NCBI GenBank assembly: GCA_951406725.2
Contig: OX597826.1
Coordinates: 3,720,001-3,784,000, forward strand
From: Octopus vulgaris
Lineage: Eukaryota
DNA length: 64,000 nucleotides
Direction: 5' to 3'
The translations under genes and the position numbers were made by a program. Positions 1-14,349 of the stretch are shown in pieces; position 1 is the stretch's first letter; every line of letters starts with the position of its first letter. Below the pieces are notes generated by a model. It saw nothing but the letters and a program-made list of their open reading frames with translations. It searched no databases and had not been told where the DNA came from.

Positions 1-274
1 ATGTGCACATATCCGTCTTGCTGCTTATACAACAATTCTCCCCATTCTGGAAAATAAGAGAGCATCAATCGGGAAACTGGATCGTAATTTTTTCCAATTT
101 TCCTCTTCAGAGTGAAAACAGTATCCTTACGATTACACACGCACACACACACCGACACAGACACAGACACACACAAGAAATAGTCACATGGATATATGAA
201 AAATACTGTTAATACAATTCAGTGTGTTGCGTTCCGTTACTTAGAAAATGAGAAAATGTCTGGTATATATATAC

Positions 275-351
<77 letters not shown>

Positions 352-355
<4 letters not shown>

Positions 356-460
356 ATATAATATGAGACAATTGTCGATTGCCATAACAAAACTCCGAGT
401 TTCGAATGGCGGGGCGGAAAGCTGCACTGGGATCACTTCCGTTATGGAGGCAATCAAAAT
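352..460 (-). mobile_element. Degenerate copy of HHR-bearing short element family A
   Basis: Reverse complement ATAAcgGAAGtGATc...cattcGAAACTCGGAGTTTTGTTATGGCAATCGACAATTGTCTCATATT aligns by eye with 8095-8180 and 11690-11780. Confidence 0.6.
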
Positions 461-483
461 ATCAAAATATGCTATGAAATATG

Positions 484-1488
<1,005 letters not shown>

Positions 1489-1504
1489 TATATATAAATA
1501 TATA

Positions 1505-1675
1505 TATATTTGTAAAAACTGAAGTTCGAAAATGCTGCTATATTATACAATTTTTAATTTTTATATATACATTATAACATGTTTCAGTTCCTGAAACATG
1601 TTATAATGTATATATAAAAATTAAAAATTGTATAATATAGCAGCATTTTCGAACTTCATTTTTTACAAATATATA
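1505..1675. repeat. Near-perfect inverted repeat (arms about 83 bp, 3-nt loop)
   Basis: ...ATAACATGTTTCAG ttc CTGAAACATGTTAT...; one mismatch seen between the arms. Confidence 0.95.
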
Positions 1676-1701
1676 CCTACTCGTATACGAGCTAATCCTA
1701 T

Positions 1702-1818
<117 letters not shown>

Positions 1819-2132
1819 GTAGTCTGAGTCGAAAGACGCCTGTTGTTATGTCCTGTTATTATTAATATTATGTTGTTTTTTTGTATTTATATTCGTGTAA
1901 TATCGTCCGTTTTTCTGTCCTTATTTCGTATACATTCGATACTTTTTCCAAGAAATCTAATGCTCGTAGCTTAGTTTTTCCTTGGGGCTGGCCAGAATGG
2001 AGCAATCTCAAGATTAATCAGCCGAAATTGCGAGGATGATCCGGTTCTTGACTGAAGATTGGAGGCTTCGAATGACCCGTCCGTGTTTTTTGTATCGTCT
2101 ATTTGCATGGTTTGCGTTCATGTCCCATTTTG

Positions 2133-2186
<54 letters not shown>

Positions 2187-2325
2187 AGAGAGAGAGAGAT
2201 CACCGTGATCACTGTGACCGACCAGGTTATCAGATGTTGCTACACGTCGCTGGTCACAATGCGCTTCGCATTGTTTTAGCCTTCAAATGACGCCACCCCG
2301 TTGGCTAAGCGAGTAGGCCAATATA

Positions 2326-2365
<40 letters not shown>

Positions 2366-2889
2366 ACACACATATATATTCATATACATAAAATATATAC
2401 ATATATATATATATATCCAGAGAGACAGACAGACAGAGACAGAAATAAAAATCCGTCATACATACATATACGAATATGCATCTGGGTATCTTTGGAAGCG
2501 TGTAACTGTCTTTGTATATGCGTATTTGTTTCCATGTTTAAAATGAGTCGGACATATTATGTGGATGGCCAGAAGCTCCGATGTATACGAAGTCTAATGT
2601 TACGTATATATGTATATGCTCGTATATAAACGCGCGCATGTTTGTGTGTGTGTGAGTGTGTGTGTGTGGAATAAGTGTCGCTGTCCCACCGTGATTATTT
2701 ATATATGAAGTATATAGCTGTATGACCCTGAAGAGACAACGAGAGATAAACAGGAGTGCAAGCAGCCAAATAAACTGACATGATTTATGCGGCGTTCAAG
2801 GTGGAATATACACCCAGTGTAGAAGTTAAAGGGTACTGCCATATAAACTGTGGATATACGCCTTATGAGTAAGCTGTATGTCTATTTAC

Positions 2890-2938
<49 letters not shown>

Positions 2939-3014
2939 CGTCAGTGTGTATTTTTTCATATGCATGCGTATGAATATGTAAGGGTTGTCATTTGTACAGA
3001 CACACACACACACC

Positions 3015-3098
<84 letters not shown>

Positions 3099-3100
3099 AC

Positions 3101-3185
<85 letters not shown>

Positions 3186-4150
3186 GAGAGTGAGAGAGAG
3201 ATAATTATACATATATATATAATGAAATGCGTGCATATATGCTAGCAGTTTTTCCCTTCCTCTTTGTCACTGTATGTCTGTCTTTATCTCTCATCTTTCC
3301 CCACTCCTCTCTCTCTCTCTCCTGCGCTTTCTTTATCTTCCCCTCTTCTCTCTCTCTCTTAAAACCGTAACACAAAAGTATACCGACTCCATGGTTCTGT
3401 TGGGGGATAAAATATTTTGCTAATAATTAGATAGCTGTTAATGTCCCGAATATAATGACCTAATAAAATTTAATTAATCAACTTACACCTAGGTTGCACT
3501 GTACTATACTGGTATATGTATATGTACTCATAAACATATACTTTCCTGGGTTATTCAATTATACTGTAATATATTGCGAGTTAGCACCACTGTTGAATCT
3601 CTTATAGGAACCACTGTTGAAATTCAACACTTTTCCAATTTGCATACGTTCAGAGCCTGTTATAATTACCAGTAAAAGATGTGATATATATCTGATGTCG
3701 TAAATTTTAATCGTTAGTAAGGCAGGTCAGCTGAATAATCTACCGCGAAACAACAATATGTATAATTCAGTTTGAAAGGTAACTTTGGTTTTGTATTTTG
3801 TATTCCAGGAATCGTATGTAACAACGATTTGCCTGATGTACAAAAGGAGATATTTGATGCAGTTAAAACACTTAAGCATGTCACACGAAGTAAAGGATGT
3901 ATAAAAAAATTGTAAAAGTTTTCCTACAATGTAACCACTTTGCAATATACTATTTGTGGTGTTATCAATCATTCACAAGCGAGTGTATATTTTTTGCAAT
4001 CCACTGAAATTCTACATTCGGAGATAACATTACAAGAAATTATAATCAATCGCATTGTGTGAGTGTATATATAGGGTGAGTGGGTGTATGCATAAATATA
4101 TATATATATATATATATATTCTTTTCTTCTTTCATATATATATATATATA

Positions 4151-4256
<106 letters not shown>

Positions 4257-4315
4257 ATATATATATATATATATATATTCTTTTCTTCTTTCATATGCTT
4301 CAGCCGAAAGGCTGT

Positions 4316-4364
<49 letters not shown>

Positions 4365-4518
4365 TATATATATATATGTACACACATGTCTGTAACTTTA
4401 GATAGATACATAGAGATATAGACAAACAAACTGACAGTCAAATACATAGATAGATGAATAGATAGATTGATATATAAATAGACTTAGGAATCGTGGTAAT
4501 ATATAGACACCTCTCTCT

Positions 4519-4553
<35 letters not shown>

Positions 4554-4724
4554 ATACATATATATATATACTTTTGAAGGTTAGCTGTAAATATTAAACA
4601 AGTAAATATATATGTGTGTGTGTGTGTGTGTGTATCTAAATGTATGTATATATTTATATAGATGTGTGTGTGTATGTGTGTGTGAGTTTGTGTGTATTTC
4701 TGTATTAGGTTATATTTACTCAGA

Positions 4725-5010
4725 ATATGAGAGAATACTAGTGGAATGTTCCTGTCAAAACCTCTGTAAAAGCTAGGCATAACAGAGCAGACGTAATGAT
4801 CTGGGACCAAGAATAGAATGGGCTCATTCAAGTAGAAATAATTAGCCCAGCAGATGTTAAACAGAATGTTAAAAAATTGAAAACAAAAACAAGAAAACAA
4901 AAGAAAAAGTTTGTGCGGAACTAATTAGAGTTTTCGCAGACACTAGACCCAGACTATAACTTTAGAATAATGCCTGTGGTTAGTGGAGCACATGATTACG
5001 TAACTGCATC
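4725..5010 (+). mobile_element. Decayed non-LTR retrotransposon restriction-like endonuclease fragment (R4/Dong/R2-like)
   Basis: Translation WNVPVKTSVKARHNRADVMIWD...VEIISPAD...RIMPVVSGA resembles the RPD...E...PVVIGALG endonuclease motifs; contains stops. Confidence 0.6.
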
Positions 5011-5622
5011 AGCACCAGTATTGAGAATCCGGGTTTCATACAACCAAATATGACACAGCTAATTAGAGAATTATAATTACAAGATATTAATTAATTGTGA
5101 AATATGCAAAACGTTGTAGAGTTTTAGCCTATGGTACGTACGTATATGTACACATATAGAACCATAAACACAGACTCAGATATTCGAAACCATACGCATG
5201 CACACGCACTTATTTTTTTCATGCAAATACATCCATAAATGCATGTTAAAGATAATCCATACAATGATATATGCAAGGATCCACACGTGCATATGCATGG
5301 ACAGACACATAAGTAAGTCGTAATGTCGATGTTTTCTAAATTCTGACGAGAAGATATATTTTGAGGATGGACGTAGGCGAAAAGTTTTAGTGTAAAACAT
5401 TATAAATTTGCATTGCGATACGTCATAAAAAGATCAAACTTATATGATATAGATATATGTATATTCATAATACGTAGATGATCACTGACATACGAGCATA
5501 AATCCGAAGGAGTAATTGTGCAGTTAAGAGGCTTGTTTTATAACCATGTTGTTTCAATGTCAGTCCCACTTCGCTGAACGTTGGCCAAATATCTTCTGCT
5601 ATATCAGCGAATCGACAAATGC

Positions 5623-5917
5623 TTGTTTGTTCCTTCTCGAGCCATGCCTAGCTCATTAGGGCCGGTTTCCCGGTTTCCTTGACGTATAGGTTCCCCACCT
5701 GGATGGGACGCTAGTCCGTCGCAGGTGAGGCAGGAGGAAAGAGTGAGAGAAAGTTGTTGCGAAAGAGTCAGCAGAAGTTCACCATTACCTTCTGCCGGAG
5801 CCGCGTGGAGCTTAGGTGTTTCCCTCATAAACACACACATCGCCCGGTCTGAAATTCGAACCCGCGCTCCCTCGACCGCGAGTCCGCTGCTTTAACCACA
5901 AGGCCATGTGCCTCCAC
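5623..5917 (-). mobile_element. tRNA-derived SINE (family C) inserted into a degraded family A SINE
   Basis: tRNA-like head with A/B boxes (TGGCCTTGTGG...GGTTCGAATTTC); 13-bp TSD AATCGACAAATGC at 5610-5622 and 5918-5930. Confidence 0.85.
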
Positions 5918-6022
5918 AATCGACAAATGCGACAAATGCCTGTCCTGTATACATACCTACATACATATATACGTATATATATATTTATACATACACACAC
6001 ACACATATATATAATTATATAT

Positions 6023-6084
<62 letters not shown>

Positions 6085-6086
<2 letters not shown>

Positions 6087-6304
6087 GGAGGTATGGTAAG
6101 AAGTTCTTTGGCTTTGGGTAAACGAAAAAATGCAGGAGCATCAGTTAATTACGATTCTATTCAACATATTCTCCTTTCAGATGCGCACATTTATTGCTGC
6201 TGTCCCGGTTATGTAAGCCCTGTAAAATAACTCAGAATGTTGGGCCTCCAACCAGACCTTACGCGATACCATTAAAGCTAGGAATTTTTCAGCACCCCCT
6301 CGTA
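6085..6304. mobile_element. Mariner-derived MITE
   Basis: Right end GCTAGGAATTTTTCAGCACCCCCTCGTA, with a degenerate matching left end GGAGGTATGGTAAGAAGTTCTTTGGCTTT. Confidence 0.65.
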
Positions 6305-6419
6305 TACATGTTTGGGTGTGTTTCTATCTATTGGTCAGTATTACTCCTTCTCACCAACGCTTGACATCCGGCTTTGTTTTGTTGTTCTCGTGTCCGCACT
6401 GAGCTCTCCACAGACCCGT

Positions 6420-6687
6420 GTACCTTTTAAGTAGTTTTCGTTTTCGGGTAGATTCAGCGTGACAGAAAGTGTGACAAGGCTGACCCTTTGAAATACAGGT
6501 ACAACAGAAACTGGAAGAAAGAGTGAAAGTTGTGGTGAAAGAGTACAGCAGGGTTCGCCACCTCACCCACTGCCGGAGCTTTAAGTTTTTTGCTTAATTT
6601 ACACTCACAACTCCCGGTCTGGGAATCGAAACAGCGATCGTATGACCGCTAGTCCACTACCTTAACCGTTGGGCCATTGCTCCTCCA
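6420..6687 (-). mobile_element. tRNA-derived SINE (family C-related)
   Basis: Head GGAGGAGCAATGGCCCAACGGTTAAGG...GTTTCGATTCCCAGACCGGG similar to 45708 and 5917. Confidence 0.8.
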
Positions 6688-7147
6688 TTTATGATTATGT
6701 ATATATACATGCAATCTATTAATGAAACAGTTACATTATGTGCAGTACTGTTCAATGTGCATCCTGTTGTTATACCAAATGTGGATGACTTATCAGCATG
6801 TATCATATTATTCCTGACGCTATCGTGTGAATATGTAATCGTGAGGAGACACAAATTCTGCCATGGCAAAACCAGCCTTAAACAACCGGACCATCCCGAA
6901 TGTGACATATGGAGGGAAAGAAGGACACACCAACAGACGTCTATTAGTCATTACCCCTGAAAAGACTGGATCTTCATGAAAGGTAGTGCTGTGCATCATG
7001 ACATATGTAGCTATCCCAGACCAAAATTTAAACCAACGATTTTATGAAAGAGAGCCGAAAGTTTTCTCTAGTAGGACATGTAACAACAAGACATACAATA
7101 GACAAAACATTTTTAAAGTTCATCTCAGGCTGTCCCAAAATTGTCTT

Positions 7148-7917
7148 GTGGGTTTCAATCTCTAATAGCTTCCTTAATTTTGCAAACAAAAGCATGAAAT
7201 TTTGATCCAATATAAAGAATATAACGGAAATTAAGAGGCATAAGTATAATTTTGCAACACCACAATATTTCATATAAAAAATGGCGTCGCTTATATGGCA
7301 CCCATTTTCGGCTTCGCACGCCGGTGCTCTTTCCAAAACTTGCATCATAATACCGTCGAGAGTTTCAAATCACACTTATCTGATTTCTCTATTGATGTTC
7401 TCTTTCAGTTGCATCAGGGTCTCCGGGGCTAGTCAAGTCTGGAGAACGTGACAGCTAGTTGACATTGCCGTAACGGGAGATTATTCGCTCCCCAAAGCAC
7501 AACCGTATCAACTGCATTTCCCCATCTTGCTCGAACCATGTGTAACGTCTACTTTGAATGGCTTTCACGTTCCCCAAATTTGACAAGCCCAGATTTTTTC
7601 TTCTGGGGATACCTGAAAGAGTGTTTACGTCAACAAAATGGCGACCCTGGTACAACTGAAAGAGAAAATCAATAGAGAAATCATAGAAGTAGAGGTCTGG
7701 AACTCTTGACGATGTTATGATGCAAGTTTTGGAAAGAGCAGGGGCGTGCGAAACCGAAAATGTATGTCATTTAATCGATGTCATTTTCATATGTCATATA
7801 GTATTGCTGCACAATTTGACGGATGTCTACTCATTTCCATTATGTCCTTTATAGTGTATCAAAATTTCATACGTTTATTTGTAAAATTAAGGAAGTTATT
7901 ATTGAAACACCTTGTAT
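7148..7917. mobile_element. Two inverted 3' halves of a Tc1/mariner transposon
   Basis: Plus arm encodes SPNLTSPDFFFWGYLKE...MMQVLERAGACETEN; minus arm encodes WFEQDG...RSPDLTSP...MMQVLERAPACEAEN; both run out to similar termini. Confidence 0.8.
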
Positions 7918-8016
7918 CATTTGGTATGAATATTCAAGCGATAGAATTTGCCTCTTTGTTGGAAGCCAGTATTTCCTTATAGAAGAATGTTTCAAGTGAT
8001 TAAAAAGGTAGATACA

Positions 8017-8190
8017 TGTGGAAATCCACGTCGCCATCTCTTCAGTTATCCGGCCATCGGAAGATTTTTCATAGCATTTTTCAGATGGCCGCAAAACTGG
8101 AGAGATGGTGGCGTGGACTTTCACATCGGCATCCGAAACTCGGGGTTTTATCATGGCTACCGAATAATTGTCACATATTACATTTACAGA
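8017..8190. mobile_element. Family A fold-back element with hammerhead-like motif
   Basis: Inverted arms GTGGAAATCCACGTCGCCATCTCTTCAGTT / AACTGGAGAGATGGTGGCGTGGACTTTCAC, followed by CCGAAACTCGGGGTTTTATC. Confidence 0.75.
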
Positions 8191-8246
8191 TATTTATATA
8201 TACACACATATATGTAAATATATGTCTTTAGATACATATACATGTA

Positions 8247-8349
<103 letters not shown>

Positions 8350-8664
8350 GCTGGCCGCCAACATTTTTTTCTGCAAAACAGGGGTAGTTTGTCTTGTCCA
8401 TGCCATATTATTAGCATTATCCTGTGTTTGAGAATAATAAAAAAAAATAATACTTCAGTAACTTCCTAAGATAATTAACGCTTCTAAAGCATACTTTGTT
8501 TACTTTCATCGTAATATACGACCTACCAGCCTATGTATACATGCATACATGTCTACATGTACGTATATATGTATGTGTGCGCATGTATGTTTGTATCTAT
8601 GTATCTGTCTATATATATATTCATGTACATATATACCTATATCTATCTATCTATCCATCTATCC

Positions 8665-8701
<37 letters not shown>

Positions 8702-9622
8702 ACTATCTACCTATATATATATACATGCATACATGCATACAAATACACACACATATCATCGCTACACATTGTTTGAAGCAAGCTTTTGTTTGATTTTCGT
8801 CCAATAACAGCATAAATGTGGGGAGTATAAAGCCTCCTGTAGCAGATGTTAGACCAGAAGTTTCCTCCACCCTGGTTGGATGTATCACACTGTCAACAGT
8901 TAGGTGGCCTTTGACTCCACCTTGTTTATCTACCGTTTGACAGGTTTTGTGTTTCTTCCTGCCCAATATTTCAACGAAAACCACCCTCCTTAGTATGCAT
9001 GTTTGGTAGGGTTGCCTTTTCAGTCCTTCATACCATAATCCCCCTCTCCACGCGATGTTGTACAGGCTTACACGATACTAATAGCACTATGATTGACCTA
9101 ATCTATACACATGCATACATACATTAATATATACATAGATACAGAAATATGAATATTCTCAATATGAGATCTTAAAATGAACGAACGCAGTGAATTACGT
9201 TCATATAACACACAGAATTATTTGCAAAAATCGAACATTCATTCCTAGTGTACTCATCCACTAGACAGACATAAAGTGATTGAAAATAAATCCACAAAAG
9301 ATAGATACTCGCGCTTGCAAATCACAAATCACTCCGACTCTCTTGAATCAAACAAAGAAGAGTTGCCACGTCGTTAGAGCCCCTCTTGGATTCTGCAAGT
9401 GAATAAATCAAAAAGAAAATACGTCAAAAATTCAAAAATAATCCTCAGAGAAGCCATAAAGTGCGAGCGTGTTTGTGTGTGTATGTGTGTGTGTGTGTGT
9501 GTGTGTGTACGTATGTGTGCGTGTACATCTGTATGTGGGAGTGTGTATATGTAAAGAGGCAGAGGAGGATCTCAGAAAGAATGAAACACAGCCAGACAGA
9601 TAACTAAAGAGAAAGATAGATA

Positions 9623-9698
<76 letters not shown>

Positions 9699-10647
9699 TG
9701 TAAGTGTGTGTGTGTGTAGATAGATAGATACATACATACATACATAGATACATACATACATACATACATACATACATACATACATACATACATGCATACG
9801 TTGGTAGATTGTAAACAAAAGCAAACATCGATATCAGTAATAAACCCTTGTACCCCTTGTTCATAACAAACGGACCTGAACGTCCAATAAATCAAAAAGG
9901 CAAAAGCAGAGAAAGAGACAGAGAGCCAAGGGCAAGGGAGGGGCAGCGATGGCGGATGAGAGGATGAGAAGACGCAATGTTAGGGACTTAAATAGCTTTA
10001 AACCTTTATTCCCCACTAAACTTCTTTCAATCTGTTGAATAAAAGCAGTTTGTTGTCAGTGGCGCCTTGTGTATTCAGCTGGGCGGGAAAATGTTTGTAG
10101 TGTGACAGACATGTATTCGTGTGGCAAACAAAAGCTATTTTAGTTGTATATTCCAAACTTCAGAATAAAATCTGGCATATGTAAGCTTATGTTTATATAT
10201 ACATTTTAAAGCACGCGCACACACATACACACACGCACACATACATACATGCACTCATCTATTCATGTATGTGTGTGTTCGTGTGTATCCGTACAGATAC
10301 GTGTGAGTTTGTCCAAGTATTGGTACATAATTGTAACGTGCTTACTTTCCTCTCCTTGCGAGAAAATATTTAGACGTCTTATATTTATACAAAATCGATA
10401 GCGTATAAACGTACAAATATACACACACATATATATATACGATATATTTTCATATTACTTTTATATATGTGCGTGTTTGTGTATGCGCGCGTGTGTATAT
10501 GTGTCTGTGTGCGTGTGAGCTTATGCATGTATAAGTGCGTGTAAGAGAAAGAAGGAGAGAGCGAGCGTGCATACGTATGCGTATATATATAGATAGATAG
10601 ATATTTATATATGTTTGTATGTATTCATACGCACACATACGTACTAT

Positions 10648-10729
<82 letters not shown>

Positions 10730-10866
10730 CATACATATATACATATACATACATACACACACTCACACAAACATATATGTATATCAGCCTATGCTTATTT
10801 GTGTTTATGTCTACATCGATAATCTTCTTTAGTGTAGGGATGTTACGCTTATGTTCTGCATTACGC

Positions 10867-10905
<39 letters not shown>

Positions 10906-11354
10906 CTGCATGCGGGTGTCCCTGTGAATACTTATGCATGCATGAAACAAAGGAAAAATGCAAATACAGCTGTACTAGTATACTTTTGCGGAGAATAATG
11001 CCGGCATTTTTATAGGTAGTATGAATCTATCAACTTTCTCACAATCTATATACGTACTTGGATATAGTTTCGTATTCATATATAGATATTTAAATTGTTT
11101 TGTTTTTTTTTCATATACATACACACATTCACAGATATACACAAATATATTTATGCATTCATATATCCACATGTAAACAGTGAAATGGTGAGATGCTGAA
11201 ATAGATAACAGCGTTCAGGAATATGCAAATATATGAATAGATTCAGAAATATATAAACGTACTTATGAATATGTACACAAATAAATATATGAAAAGATAT
11301 AAGTATATCTACATACATATTTCGATATCTCTTTATGTACATATATATGTGTAA

Positions 11355-11385
<31 letters not shown>

Positions 11386-11538
11386 CATATACACACACAT
11401 ATATATATACATATAGGTATACATTTATATACATATATAAGTATATATAAATATATACATACATGTGCATATATATGTGTGCGTGTGTTTGTGTGTATGT
11501 GTGTGTGTGAGTGTGTGTGCGGGGGTGGGGGGTTGAAG

Positions 11539-11855
11539 GTAATATGTGACAATTGTTCGGTAGCCATGATAAAACTCCATTGTCTGGGTGGAAATCCACG
11601 CCACCATCTTTTCAGTTATCCGGCCATCGGGAAAAAATGCTATAAGAGATTTTTGATAGATTTTTGATAGCATTTTTTCCGATGGTCGGATAAATGAAAA
11701 GATGGTGGCGTGGATTTCCACACCGATATCCGAAACTCGGTGTGTTATCATAGCTACCGAATAATTGTCATATATTACATTTACAGATGAATTCCTCTAT
11801 TTACATAACATCGAGGTTTCTTTCTTTCTTTTGTTGTCTTACCATTTCTATCAAT
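11539..11855. mobile_element. Family A fold-back element (longer copy) ending at (TA)n
   Basis: Arms of about 105-120 bp, GTAATATGTGACAATTGTTCGGTAGCCATGATAA... / ...TTATCATAGCTACCGAATAATTGTCATATATTAC; the tail matches the reverse complement of 14285-14349. Confidence 0.8.
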
Positions 11856-11939
11856 ATATATATATATATATATATATACATACATATATATATATATGAA
11901 TAAAAAATGGAGTTAACGCAGGTGTAAACAAGTATTTTT

Positions 11940-12025
11940 ACTTTCGACACATGTTTCGAAAATTCCACTGATACTATTCAAAAGAATAAATGGTATAAAC
12001 AATGCAATTTTCTCTTCGGGAAAGT
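11940..12025 (-). ncRNA. Type I hammerhead ribozyme (U4C core)
   Basis: Minus strand: ACUUUC CCGAAGA GAAAAUU [loop] AAUUUUC GAAA CAUGUG UC GAAAGU, i.e. stem I 6 bp, stem II 7 bp, short stem III, GUC triplet. Confidence 0.75.
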
Positions 12026-13093
12026 GCAAAAAACGAAACTCGTCAATACGACATTTTAGTAAAAAATGATGGATTTGTATAGCGATAGACAGGACGCTAT
12101 TAATGTAAGTATTAATAAATGATACGGAGGAGGTGTGCTCAAAACGAAAAAAGAAATCTATTCAAAGAGAATTTATCAGCTGACAACTGAATATAGTAGC
12201 GTAATATAAAGATTAATTTCGTTGGCAGATTAATAAAAGTGCTTTATGAATTATTTTGACATTTTGCCAATTGACCTGGATCGGTTTTACGACGTAAAAT
12301 ACGAAAATATTTTGTCAGAGTTTATGGTGCATGAAGTAGCGTAGAAATGAGCCAAAACTTACAACAAAAGGCTAATCCCGCTCTTTGAACCGGAGGAGTT
12401 GTATTAATGTGATATTTGATATGTGTTCTTCACGATAAAATATTTTCCTTGTATTGTTCATGTTGGTAAATGTATGGATTTGCTTTAGTATAAGTTTAAT
12501 ACATAGATGAAAGTGTGTGCAGTGTAGAAGTGTTACGATGTTAGACTACTCAAGATACATACTGTATGCTTTCGTCACTGTTACGTCGTGTTTATATCTC
12601 TTATTATAAAAGGCAGATTTTATCTGCCTCCCTTTGGGAGTTATACAAATCTACAATATAGGATTTCTTCAATTACAATTTACCTTGCATTTTTAAGAGT
12701 ACAATGCATCGCGTCATGCCAGGTCCAGTTTTTAAAATTTAAACTCCAATTAAGCAAAATTCACATTCTGGTGTGTATGTCAAATGCTTTTCTTAGTCTG
12801 GTTTACAGCACACGCAAACGCACACACACAGTGGGCAACGAATAAAATGAAAGTAATTGACTTACTGTAGTGAGTGATTCTTTCACTCTGCCTCCAACTT
12901 CCTCTTTCCACACATAGACACGCAAATATATAAATAAAATTGTAAGCTAACGTGCGTGTGTGTGAGTGTGTGTGTGTGTGTGCGCGTGTGTGTGTGAGGG
13001 TGCGTGTGTGTGTGTATGTGTGTGCGTGTGCGTGAGTGTGTGACAGGAAAGTTTTTTACGACGAATATAACACCTATATCCAAGTAGCAGAAA

Positions 13094-13575
13094 GATAAGA
13101 CAGTAAGGTGTGATTTGAGGGAGATTTGGCTGCTATTTCTACCATGTCTAGCTGCCATGTAGGGGTCTCCCTCATAGGCTCATACATACATATATACATA
13201 GATAAGACAGTAAGGTGTGATTTGGGGGAAATTTGGCTGCTATTTCTACCAGGTCTAGCTGCCATGTAGGGGTCTCCCTCATAGGCTCATACATACATAT
13301 ATACATAGATAAGACAGTAAGGTGTGATTTGGGGGAAATTTGGCTGCTATTTCTACCAGGTCTAGCTGCCATGTAGGGGTCTCCCTCATAGGCTCATACA
13401 TACATAGATACATAGATAAGACAGTAAGGTGTGATTTGGGGGAGATTTGGCTGCTATTTCTACCAGGTCTAGCTACCATGTAGAGATCCCCCTCATTGGC
13501 TCATATATATATACATACATAAGACAGTAAGGTGTGATTTGAGGGAGATTTGGCTGCTGTTTCTACCAGGTCTGT
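13094..13575 (+). repeat. Tandem array, 107-bp unit, about 4.5 copies
   Basis: Unit (G)ATAAGACAGTAAGGTGTGATTTG... starts at 13094, 13201, 13308, 13415 and 13518. Confidence 0.95.
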
Positions 13576-13639
13576 TAGGGCCTTCTCATGTAAACTCAAG
13601 CTTTCTCATGCCTTGAACATAAGACCAAAGAATGTATTC

Positions 13640-13930
13640 TTTTATTCTTCTGCTTTTTCCAGCCATTGGTCTGTGGCCATGCTGGGGCAATGTCTTGAAG
13701 AATTGTACTTTAATGAATCAACTCCAGTTTTATTTTTGTAAGCATTGTACTTATTCTATCTGTTTCCTTTGTCAAACCACTAGGTGACAGGGATGTAAAC
13801 AAACCAACATTCGTTGTCAAGCAGTGGTGGAGGACAATAACAAGCACAGACACGCACACACACACACATACATGCATACACATATACACACATACATACA
13901 TACATACATATATATATATGTGTGTATATA
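13640..13930 (-). mobile_element. SINE family A, 3' half, degraded
   Basis: Reverse complement similar to 53400-53570. Confidence 0.7.
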
Positions 13931-13934
13931 TATA

Positions 13935-14250
13935 TTGCAGCGTGGAAGGTGTTTGTAAGCCATTTAAGAAACACACAAAAACCGTTACATTCACTTCAAC
14001 ATTTAATTTGCCAAAATATTTTCGTCGCTTTCAGACCGCGACCTGTTCACTGACAAAAATATCGTGCTAACAGGTCGCGGTCTCAAAGCGACGAAAATAT
14101 TTTCACAAATTAAATTTAAATGTTGAAGTGAATCTAACGGTTTTTGTGTGTTTCTTAAATGGCTTATAAACACCTTCAACGCTGCAACTGTTTTCGTTCC
14201 AGCACACGATCTCAGATCAAGTCACTTGCTATGCAAGTACATCTCTGTAA
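13935..14250. mobile_element. Fold-back element (arms about 113/119 bp, 21-bp spacer) between (TA)n tracts
   Basis: 13935-14047 is the reverse complement of 14069-14187; a single-copy tail continues to about 14250. Confidence 0.9.
14007..14057 (-). ncRNA. Minimal type I hammerhead-like ribozyme with G3-C8 swapped core
   Basis: Minus strand: UUUGUCA GUGAACA G GUCGC ggucugaaa GCGAC GAAA AUAU U U UGGCAAA. Confidence 0.65.
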
Positions 14251-14349
14251 CTATATATATATTTATATATATATATATATGTATATTGGTAAAAACAGTA
14301 AGATAACAAAAGAAAGAAAGAGACCTCAATATTATGTAAATAGAGGAAA

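Noticed and set aside
2045-2085. CTGAAGA...CGAAT as a hammerhead
   Set aside because: GAAA is absent, and there is no stem I or valid NUH site.
13094-13575. Regularly spaced repeats resembling a CRISPR array
   Set aside because: Whole units are repeated with no unique spacers, there are no cas genes, and the context is eukaryotic.
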